From positions 1,408-65,407 of the forward strand of contig DULU01000091.1 of assembly GCA_012840225.1 (NCBI GenBank): a stretch of 64,000 bases of DNA, written 5' to 3'. The DNA is from Bacillota bacterium (GTDB taxonomy: Bacteria > Bacillota > Limnochordia > DTU080). Each line of letters opens with the position of its first letter. Positions within the stretch are counted from its first letter, which is position 1. This document shows positions 57,107 to 64,000 of this stretch, piece by piece. The translations under genes were made by a program, and so were the position numbers. The notes under the pieces were generated by a model. It saw only the letters and a program-made list of their open reading frames with translations. It was not told the origin of the DNA and did no database searches.

Positions 57107-57943
57107 GTGACCTTCGGCTTTTTGCAACTTGACCCGGTGGTTTTTGAGCTCGGACCATTGCAGGTGCGCTGGTATGGGGTGCTGATGGCGCTCTCGGTGG
57201 CCTTGGGGAGCTACTATCTCTTGCGGCGCGGCAAGCGCCTCGGCTATGATGAAGACTTTTTGTATAACCTATTGCTCCTCTCCGTGCTGGGCGGGGTGAT
57301 CGGCGCCAGAGCCGTCTATGTGGCCACCAACTGGGAGCACTATGCGCAGAACCTCGTGGCCGTCATCCGGACGGATTGGGGCGGCCTTTCCTTCCATGGG
57401 GCGGTGATCGGCGGCGTATTGGCCGGCGGCCTTTATATAAAGAAGAAAAAAGCCTCCTTCAACGAGTTGGCCGATCTGGCCGTGCCCGGCTTCACTTTGG
57501 GCATCATGCTGGTGCGCCTGGCCAATATTCTCAATATGGAAGTGATGGGGCGGATGACCACCGGCGGTTTCCGGCATCCGGCTCAGCTATATGGGTCGGC
57601 CATAGGTCTGGTGTTGCTGATCATTTATGTGCTCCAGTCCCGCCGTCGCCCGCCCGCCGGCTATCTTTTCTGGTCTTTTGCTCTTTATTACAGCATCCTG
57701 CGCGGCGTGATAGAGGAGACTTGCCGCGATAATCCTTTATATGTCACCGCCTTTATATATGAGCCGTGGGGCATGGCCGGCTTCACGCTGGTGCAGCTAT
57801 TGACCCCTCTCTTCGTGGCCTTTTCCTGGTGGATGCGCCGGCGCACCCTGCAAAGCGCCGCCCTGCAGGCTCCGGCACCACCTCCTCGTCGCCGGAACAA
57901 CACCGGGAAGGGCGACCGGCGCCGCAAAGGACGGAACAAATGA
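57107..57943 (+). CDS. lgt: prolipoprotein diacylglyceryl transferase
   Basis: LQVRWYGVLMAL and HPAQLYGS are Lgt signatures. It is polytopic with a basic C-terminal tail. The GTG start is uncertain. Confidence 0.85.
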   Translation: MTFGFLQLDPVVFELGPLQVRWYGVLMALSVALGSYYLLRRGKRLGYDEDFLYNLLLLSVLGGVIGARAVYVATNWEHYAQNLVAVIRTDWGGLSFHGAVIGGVLAGGLYIKKKKASFNELADLAVPGFTLGIMLVRLANILNMEVMGRMTTGGFRHPAQLYGSAIGLVLLIIYVLQSRRRPPAGYLFWSFALYYSILRGVIEETCRDNPLYVTAFIYEPWGMAGFTLVQLLTPLFVAFSWWMRRRTLQSAALQAPAPPPRRRNNTGKGDRRRKGRNK

Positions 57944-58899
57944 TGAGTGGCACTAGCGGGCGCCGAGAATGGACCGTGGCGGTCTTTATCGTCCATCAGG
58001 GGCGGATACTGCTCCTCCGGCACCGGAAGCTCAACAGGTGGCTTCCACCGGGCGGGCACATCGAGCCGGGCGAAATACCGGACGAAGCCGCGGCCAGAGA
58101 GGTATGGGAAGAGACCGGGCTGAAGATCGGCATCGAGCCTAATGGACTGCCGCCGCACCTGGCGAGGCCCAGAGGCGTGCAACTGGAAGAGATTTCCCCG
58201 GGGCATCAGCATATTGATCTGGTCTACCTGTTGCGCCTGGTGCCTCAGGCGCCGCCGGGGGCGGGGCGCGGAAGCGAAGCGCCGCCGGCCCTGAGGGGCA
58301 ATGCCGAATCGCTCGGTCTGGGTTGGTATGGACCGGCTGATTTGGCGGCCATGGATTTGGACGAAGAGATGCAGCTTTGGGCGCAATTGGTTCTAAGGGA
58401 GGAAGCGCTGGCCCTGCCGGCGGTGATGGTTGCTTCCGCTCCGACTTCTGCTCCCGTCCCTGCCGCCGCAGAAGTGAGGTGGGCGGCCTGGGTTATGTGC
58501 CGGGAGAGGGGAGAGCGGGGAGGAAGGCACCGTTATCTTCTTGTCTCTTCCCGGGGGGACCGGGAGAGCCTCCGCCTGCCGGGGGGACTTCTTGCCCCGG
58601 GCGAGTGGCCGGATGCCGCCTTGGCCCGTCATCTGGCCGCCGCCGGCATACAAGTCGTCCTGGAAGGAGGGGGAGCCCTGCCTCTTCGGCGGCCACAGCA
58701 GCTCACCAGGCCTTATAGACTGTTCTTGCTGGAAAAAGAGGGAGTTAGGCAGGTCAACTTCATATATAAAGGTGAAGTCACCGGTTTCAGCCCGGAGCAT
58801 AATAATGCTGCTTACAGCTGGTTTGAGCCGGCAGGGAAGGACGGCGAGGTTGAAGCCGACCATCTCGTGCCGTATATCCCGATTATGGCGGCATTCTAG
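57940..58899 (+). CDS. Nudix hydrolase with a second, degenerate Nudix-like domain
   Basis: The ATG at 57940 overlaps the lgt stop (ATGA). The Nudix box is GGHIEPGEIPDEAAAREVWEETGL. The second half carries GGLLAPGEWPDAALARHLAAAGI, which lacks the REx2EE acids. The upstream extension from 57766 lies inside lgt and is rejected. Confidence 0.75.
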   Translation: MMSGTSGRREWTVAVFIVHQGRILLLRHRKLNRWLPPGGHIEPGEIPDEAAAREVWEETGLKIGIEPNGLPPHLARPRGVQLEEISPGHQHIDLVYLLRLVPQAPPGAGRGSEAPPALRGNAESLGLGWYGPADLAAMDLDEEMQLWAQLVLREEALALPAVMVASAPTSAPVPAAAEVRWAAWVMCRERGERGGRHRYLLVSSRGDRESLRLPGGLLAPGEWPDAALARHLAAAGIQVVLEGGGALPLRRPQQLTRPYRLFLLEKEGVRQVNFIYKGEVTGFSPEHNNAAYSWFEPAGKDGEVEADHLVPYIPIMAAF

Positions 58900-58900
58900 C

Positions 58901-58928
58901 TTGACACCCGGATGAGTGATGCTATAAT
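58901..58928 (+). promoter_or_regulatory. near-consensus sigma-A promoter for the cysE-cysS leader
   Basis: TTGACA (58901-58906), a 16-nt spacer, then TGcTATAAT (-10 at 58923-58928). Confidence 0.7.
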
Positions 58929-58934
58929 TGGCTC

Positions 58935-59225
58935 AAGAGCGATGATGGGGAGAAGTACTCTGAAAGGCCAGCCTGCCAGAGAGAAACCGTCGCCGGCTGG
59001 AAGCGGTTTTCAGGCGCTTTGGAGGAAATGCCCCCCGGAGCTGCAGGCCGAAGTCCGGCGGCCGGTCGCCGGCCGGGTGGTAGGCTGAGCCGGGTGCACC
59101 CGTTAACGTGCTAGGGTATCTTTTGCCGTACCCGACGAGGTGGAGGTTTGTTTATGAACCTCAATCAGAGTGGAATCGCGGAAGCGTATGCTGCCGTCTC
59201 TGTGCTATGCATAGAGGCGTTTTTT
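58935..59225 (+). promoter_or_regulatory. T-box leader (probable Cys specifier) with an intrinsic terminator
   Basis: Stem I elements are GCGAUGAUGGGGAGAAGUA (GA/K-turn + AGUA) and CCAGAGAGA...GGCUGG. The specifier region is GGAAAUGCC, with UGC at 59029-59031. Stem III is GAGGUU...AACCUC. The T-box sequence AAUCAGAGUGGAAUCGCGG is at 59163-59181. The terminator stem CGTCTCT/AGAGGCG plus T6 spans 59195-59225. Confidence 0.85.
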
Positions 59226-59266
59226 ATTATCGGTATATGGTCGAATGGTGAAAGGGAGTGAGGGCT

Positions 59267-59947
59267 ATGTGGCAAAAGCTGAAAAGGGATTTGCTGGCGG
59301 TCAAAGAAAGAGACCCGGCTTGCCGGAACCTGTTGGAAGCGGCTCTGTTATACCCCGGCTTTCATGCCATCGCTATGCACCGGGTGGCCCACGTGCTCTG
59401 GCGGCTCCGCCTCCGTTTTCTCGCCAGGCTCCTGTCCCACCTGTCCCGCTTTTTCACCGGAGTGGAGATTCATCCGGCGGCGCACATCGGCGCCGGTTTC
59501 TTCATCGATCACGGCATGGGTGTAGTGATCGGGGAAACCGCCGAGATCGGCGAGGACGTCACCATGTATCAGGGTGTCACCCTGGGCGGCACCGGCAAGG
59601 AGCGGGGCAAAAGGCATCCGACCATCGGCAACCGGGTGGTGATCGGTGCCGATGCCGTGGTGCTCGGGTCTTTCAAGGTGGGAGACGGAGCGAGAATCGG
59701 CGCCGGCGCCGTGGTGGTCAAAAGCGTGCCGCCGCACGCCACCATCGTCGGTGTGCCGGGGCGGGTGGTGAAGGAAAACGGCGTGCGCAAGGAAGAAGAG
59801 GTTAATCTCGATCACGCCGATCTGCCCGACCCGCTGGAGAATATTATCCGCCATCTGCTTTCCCGCATCGATAAACTGGAGAAGCAGCTGGCTTCCCTGG
59901 AAGAACGGAAAAGGAGTGAGATACATGACGCCAATCGAGCTTTATAA
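59267..59947 (+). CDS. cysE: serine O-acetyltransferase
   Basis: RDPACRNLLEAALLYPGFHAIAMHRVAH is followed by hexapeptide repeats (IHPAAHIGAGFFIDHGMGVVIGETAEIG...). RBS AAAGGGAG lies 8 nt before the ATG at 59267. Confidence 0.9.
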   Translation: MWQKLKRDLLAVKERDPACRNLLEAALLYPGFHAIAMHRVAHVLWRLRLRFLARLLSHLSRFFTGVEIHPAAHIGAGFFIDHGMGVVIGETAEIGEDVTMYQGVTLGGTGKERGKRHPTIGNRVVIGADAVVLGSFKVGDGARIGAGAVVVKSVPPHATIVGVPGRVVKENGVRKEEEVNLDHADLPDPLENIIRHLLSRIDKLEKQLASLEERKRSEIHDANRAL

Positions 59948-61382
59948 CACTCTCAGCCGGCGCAAAGAGACATTTGTGCCCCGCGAGCCCGGGGCGGTGG
60001 ACATCTATGTCTGCGGGGTGACCACCTATGATCAAAGCCATCTGGGGCACGCCCGCCCGGCGGTGGTCTTCGACTGCCTGCGCCGGTATTTGCGTCTGAA
60101 GGGCTACCGGGTGCGCTTGGTGCAAAATTTTACCGACATTGACGATAAAATCATCGCCCGGGCCAATGCCGAGGGGAAAGATCCCCTGGAGCTCGCCGAC
60201 TTCTATTGCCAGGAATATCTGCAGAACATCACCCGGCTCGGGGTGGAGAGAGCCGATATATACCCGCGGGTGTCGGCGCACATCAAAGAGATAATCGACA
60301 TGATCGCCGGGTTGATTGAGCGGGGAGCGGCCTACCCGGCCGGAGGCCATGTCTTCTTTTCGGTGGCGGCATTTCCGGAATACGGCAAGTTGTCCAACCA
60401 GAAGCTCGAGGAACTGGAGAGCCAAGGCAGCGGTGCCGGCGATGAGGAGCAATACAAACGCCATCCGGTGGATTTTGCCCTGTGGAAAGCGGCCAAGCCG
60501 GGTGAGCCGGCCTGGGACAGCCCGTGGGGCAAAGGGCGTCCGGGCTGGCACATCGAGTGCTCGGCCATGGCCCTGAAATACCTGGGCAACGGTTTCGATA
60601 TCCACGGCGGCGGGATGGACTTGGTGTTTCCGCATCACGAAAACGAGATCGCTCAGAGCGAGGCATATACCGGAAAGGCGCCCTTCGCCCGCTATTTTCT
60701 GCACAACGGCCTGGTTACCGTCAATGGGGAGAAGATGTCCAAGTCGCTTGGAAACTTCGTCTCCATCGACGAGGCTTTAGCGCGTTACCCGGCGGAGCTG
60801 TGGCGCTATTTCATCCTAAGCAGCCATTACCGCTCCGTCCTCGATTTCGAAGAGGAGCGGTTGGAAGCGGCGCATAAGGCCTGGACCCGGCTGAACCGGG
60901 CGGTGTGGGATCTGGAAGAGGCCGGCGTGCAGCCTGACTGGCCGGGGCTCGCTGCCGTATGGGCGGGAATGGAAACGGCGCAGAATAACCAGGGAACGGA
61001 ACTGGAGAGCGCCGTGTATGCCGCCGCCCGCCGCCTGGATGAAGCGCTGGCCAACGACTTCAACACGCCGGCAGCCATGGCGGTTCTTTTCGAGCTCTTG
61101 CCGGCGATCAAAGTGGACGGCCGGCCGCAGCGTGGCCTGGCGCCGGCCCTGGGATTTCTGAAGGAAGTCCTGAGCGATCTCCTGGGAGTGCTCGCTCCGG
61201 CCAAGCCGGGCGGGGTCAATGATGCCTTGGCCGAAGGGCTGCTCAGGTTGCTCGTCGAGCTCCGGGCGGAAGCGAGAAAGAAAAAGGACTGGACCACCGC
61301 CGACCGCATCAGGGATGGCTTGGCCCGGTTGGGTGTGAAGCTGGAAGACACTCCGGAGGGGACGCGGTGGACGATCTCCTGA
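59925..61382 (+). CDS. cysS: cysteine--tRNA ligase
   Basis: YVCGVTTYDQSHLGHAR (HIGH-type) and KMSKSLGN (KMSKS). RBS AAGGAG lies 8 nt before the ATG at 59925. It overlaps the cysE 3' end. Confidence 0.95.
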   Translation: MTPIELYNTLSRRKETFVPREPGAVDIYVCGVTTYDQSHLGHARPAVVFDCLRRYLRLKGYRVRLVQNFTDIDDKIIARANAEGKDPLELADFYCQEYLQNITRLGVERADIYPRVSAHIKEIIDMIAGLIERGAAYPAGGHVFFSVAAFPEYGKLSNQKLEELESQGSGAGDEEQYKRHPVDFALWKAAKPGEPAWDSPWGKGRPGWHIECSAMALKYLGNGFDIHGGGMDLVFPHHENEIAQSEAYTGKAPFARYFLHNGLVTVNGEKMSKSLGNFVSIDEALARYPAELWRYFILSSHYRSVLDFEEERLEAAHKAWTRLNRAVWDLEEAGVQPDWPGLAAVWAGMETAQNNQGTELESAVYAAARRLDEALANDFNTPAAMAVLFELLPAIKVDGRPQRGLAPALGFLKEVLSDLLGVLAPAKPGGVNDALAEGLLRLLVELRAEARKKKDWTTADRIRDGLARLGVKLEDTPEGTRWTIS

Positions 61383-61811
61383 ATGGATGATGAAGTAAAT
61401 ATGTGGGATTTTTTGGAACCTATGTCTCCGGAGAAAGTGGCCCGCCTTTCTCCGCTGGCTTTGGCTTATATTGGTGATGCCGTATTTGAGCTGTATGTCA
61501 GGCGACGCCTTCTTGCCGGCCCTGAGTGTTCCCAGGCCGGACTGCACCGGCAGGCAGTGGCCCGGGTGCGGGCTTCCGCCCAGGCGGAGGCGCTCAGGCG
61601 CTGTCGGGGTGAATTGACGGCGGAAGAGGCGGACATCGCCCGTCGGGGCCGCAATGCCCGCACTTCCGTCCCCAGGGGCGCCGATGTGGCCGATCACCAT
61701 GCCGGCACGGCCTTTGAGGCCTTGCTCGGCTTTCTCTATCTCTCCGGGCGACGGGAGCGCCTGTTGGAGATTATGCAGCTGGCTTACAATATGCCGGAGG
61801 ATGAAAGGTAG
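61383..61811 (+). CDS. mrnC: mini-ribonuclease III
   Basis: LALAYIGDAVFELYVR is the RNase III signature, in a ~140-aa protein. The ATG comes directly after the cysS stop. Confidence 0.85.
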   Translation: MDDEVNMWDFLEPMSPEKVARLSPLALAYIGDAVFELYVRRRLLAGPECSQAGLHRQAVARVRASAQAEALRRCRGELTAEEADIARRGRNARTSVPRGADVADHHAGTAFEALLGFLYLSGRRERLLEIMQLAYNMPEDER

Positions 61812-61819
61812 GAAAAGAT

Positions 61820-62671
61820 TTGCGCAAGGAAAAGGAGAGGGCGGCGCACCGCCGCAGCCGGGAGGCCGGGACGAGAGAACGGGAGGAAACGGCGGGATTT
61901 CAGCTGGAAGGGCGCAATCCGGTGCGGGAGGCTTTGCGGGCCGGGCGGCCGATTGAGCGCATCCTGGTGGCTGCGGCTGAAGGGGGACCCGGGCCGCTCG
62001 GCGCTATCATAGCCATGGCCAGAGAGCGGGGTATCAGGGTTGATGAGCTGCCGCGCTCGGTGCTGGATAAAAAGTCGCAGACCGGCGGGCGGCACCAGGG
62101 GATCATCGCCCTCACCGCCGCCAAGGCCTATGCGGAAGTGGAAGACATTTTGGCTCAAGCCGCCGCTTCCGGAGAGGCGCCTCTTTTAGTGCTCTGCGAC
62201 GACTGGCACGATCCGCATAATCTGGGCGCGCTGCTGCGCACGGTGGAAGGGGTCGGCGCCCACGGGGTGATCATCCCGGCCCGCCGCTCGGTGGGTTTGA
62301 CCGGCATCGTGGCTAAGACTTCGGCCGGAGCGGTGGAGTTTGTCCCCGTGGCCAAAGTGAACAACCTGGTCCAGACCATGCATAAACTTAAAGAGGCCGG
62401 CCTGTGGCTCACCGGGGCCGACCTCTCGGGGGATAAACTGCCCTGGGAAGTTGATCTTACCGGTCCTACCGCCATCGTGATCGGGGCGGAAGGGGAGGGG
62501 CTGGGCCGCCTCACCGCCGAGTCCTGCGATCACCTGGTGCGCATTCCCATGGCCGGGCGCATCAATTCCCTGAATGCCTCCGTCGCCGGCGGCATGCTTT
62601 TATATGAAGCTCTGCGGCAGCGCCGGCTCAAAAGCAGTGCCGGCAGCCCGACGGTTCAGGACAAAAGGTAG
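61820..62671 (+). CDS. rlmB: 23S rRNA (guanosine-2'-O)-methyltransferase RlmB (SpoU/TrmH family)
   Basis: EGRNPVREAL, DPHNLGALLRT and GAEGEGL...IPM...SLNASVA are SpoU motifs. It has a basic N-terminal extension. Confidence 0.85.
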   Translation: MRKEKERAAHRRSREAGTREREETAGFQLEGRNPVREALRAGRPIERILVAAAEGGPGPLGAIIAMARERGIRVDELPRSVLDKKSQTGGRHQGIIALTAAKAYAEVEDILAQAAASGEAPLLVLCDDWHDPHNLGALLRTVEGVGAHGVIIPARRSVGLTGIVAKTSAGAVEFVPVAKVNNLVQTMHKLKEAGLWLTGADLSGDKLPWEVDLTGPTAIVIGAEGEGLGRLTAESCDHLVRIPMAGRINSLNASVAGGMLLYEALRQRRLKSSAGSPTVQDKR

Positions 62672-63572
62672 AGCATCAGGCTTTTCTCCACATGCAGCCG
62701 GTTTTCGGCCTGCTCATAGATGACGGATGTGGGCGCCTCAATCAGCCCGGCTTCAATCTCCAGCCCGGGGTGGATGGGCATATCGTGCATGATGTAGGGC
62801 AGCTCCCGCCCGGCAAATATCTCTGCCCGCATCTGGTAGGGCATCATCATCTTCAGCCGCCGCTCTTTTTCCTCGGCATAGGCCGGATTGTGGAAGTTTT
62901 CCATATCCACCCAGGTGTCGGTGTAGACGAAATCAGCTTCCCGCGCCTTTTGCAGGTCGGCCGTCACCTCGATGAGCCCGCTCCGAGCCGCGGCCGCCAT
63001 GAGATCGGCGTCCCAGGAGCCGGGGTTAACCTCCGGGGTGATGAGGATCAGGCGCAACCCCGTCTTCAGCGCCCCGGCTACGAGGCTGTTGGCCACATTG
63101 TTATGTATGCCGATATATGCCAGCGTCGCCCGGCTGAAGTCGCCGGTTTTTTCATATATGGTAAGCAGGTCGGCCAGCCCTTGGGTGGGATGGTAGCGGT
63201 TGCAGCAGCCGTTGATGACGGGCACGTCGGCTCCGGCGGCGAGCTCCAGCAGCTGCTCATGCTTGATCAGACGGGCCATGATCAGATCGACATGCCTGGA
63301 GACATATTTGGCTTCATAACGGATGGGGGAAATGGCAAAATTGGAGGACTGCCAATCCATCATCACCGCCCGGCCGCCCAACTGCCCGATGCCCAGCTCA
63401 AATGAGAGCCTGGTGCGGGTGGAAGTCTTCTGAAAGAGCATCAAAAGCACCCGCCCGGAGAGGGCATTGGTATATTTATCCGGCTCCTTTTTCATCTCCA
63501 CAGCCTGCTTGATGAGGTGGATGATGTCGGCTGCCGGCAGATGCTGTAGCGATATGACATCTTTTTTCAACT
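62656..63572 (-). CDS. ornithine-carbamoyltransferase-family protein with non-canonical second-substrate motifs
   Basis: STRTRLSFE and HPTQGLADL are the carbamoyl-phosphate site. DTWVDME replaces DxxxSMG, and IMHDMPIHPG replaces HCLP. The OTC-like tail is SVIYEQAENRLHVEKSL. RBS AAGGAG lies 8 nt before the TTG at 63572; the longest ORF reaches 63630. The 3' end overlaps rlmB by 16 nt. Confidence 0.75.
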
Positions 63573-63781
63573 GGTAAACTCCTTTCGGCAGGGAAAAAAT
63601 AAAAAAAGCCCCCCGCCAAAGTTTGGTCATGATGTTGATATGGATGATTATACATCAGATGCCGGAATAATCCATACCCTCAGGCTGCACTTTTTATTTA
63701 TCCCCAGAATTCGATACTCACCGGCTAACAATTTAGATGGAAATCAAAGTTTAAATACATCATTCCTAGCAGCGTGGTTTC

Positions 63782-63810
63782 TTGACGCTCCCTTTTTGGT
63801 GATGTATAAT
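63782..63810 (+). promoter_or_regulatory. candidate sigma-A promoter in the AT-rich spacer at the window end
   Basis: TTGACG (63782-63787), a 17-nt spacer, then TGtTATAAT (-10 at 63805-63810). A ~150-nt leader follows before a possible start near 63969. Confidence 0.45.
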
Positions 63811-64000
63811 TGCCGTAGATTTGCCAGGAGAGCCAGTTTTGCAGGTTGTTAAGCCTCGCGCGGCTCTCATACCGTTTCATAAGCAAATCGAGGTTATTCC
63901 TCAATAAATCGATAATCTCGTCGATGGCCCGTCGGTAATTCTAGAATATGTTTTGGAGGCGATGCAAGTGAGCGTCTATGCAGAGCGCAGCTACTACGCC

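Noticed and set aside
57766-57939. N-terminal extension of the Nudix ORF
   Set aside because: It lies within the lgt coding region. The ATG at 57940 overlaps the lgt stop and gives a standard Nudix N-terminus.
63640-63852. 70-codon ORF in the AT-rich spacer
   Set aside because: It has no RBS, its codon usage is unlike the rest of the window, and it spans the predicted promoter.
1-64000. Search by eye for mobile elements, tRNA/rRNA genes and CRISPR arrays
   Set aside because: I recognised no integrase, transposase or recombinase motif, no cloverleaf-like tRNA sequence, no rRNA-like conserved segment and no repeat-spacer array. A tRNAscan/Infernal/ISfinder run would be needed to confirm the negative.

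Overview
This is a GC-rich window (roughly 60% by eye), densely coding, and it looks like chromosomal core rather than an accessory island. I found no rRNA, tRNA, CRISPR array, transposase or integrase. All family assignments rest on motifs read by eye from the ORF translations, with no database search. Several starts were moved off the longest-ORF start to the codon with the best Shine-Dalgarno spacing.

The gene content is Firmicute-like. The right half holds the classic block ctsR-mcsA-mcsB-clpC-disA-carD-yacL(PIN/TRAM)-ispDF ... T-box-cysE-cysS-mrnC-rlmB. Compared with the Bacillus arrangement:
- radA and gltX are absent.
- ispD and ispF are fused.
- An inverted FMN-riboswitch-controlled ribD-ribE-ribBA-ribH operon plus lgt and a Nudix gene sit where gltX is expected.

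The left and middle parts carry housekeeping and sugar genes:
- ogt, a His6-type hisA, glpK, potABCD, a CPA2 antiporter, and a DUF815-ATPase/MFS/HAD operon.
- SIS protein, araD, araB and a FucI-like isomerase.
- galT-galK-galE followed by a TIM-barrel isomerase and a glycerol-1-phosphate-dehydrogenase-like protein.
- Three tandem M42 peptidases, moxR and cwlD.

Items most worth a second look:
1. A 946-aa secreted HExxH-protease / PD40-propeller / beta-barrel-like chimera. It has a companion, and there is a third small signal-peptide protein ending in an OMP-like aromatic C-terminus. Together these hint at an outer membrane in a Firmicute-type genome.
2. A RACo-like 2Fe-2S/ASKHA reductive activase that appears co-transcribed with a signal-peptide-less Cys-type sulfatase.
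3. An ornithine-carbamoyltransferase-family protein whose second-substrate motifs are altered (HCLP -> HDMP, SMG -> DME).
4. A membrane-anchored subtilase-fold protein that has lost the recognisable catalytic residues.
5. A galT whose N-terminal extension sits in a separate frame, next to an AT-rich low-complexity insert.

I see nothing I can defend as a defence, secretion or mobile system. The findings are scored accordingly.
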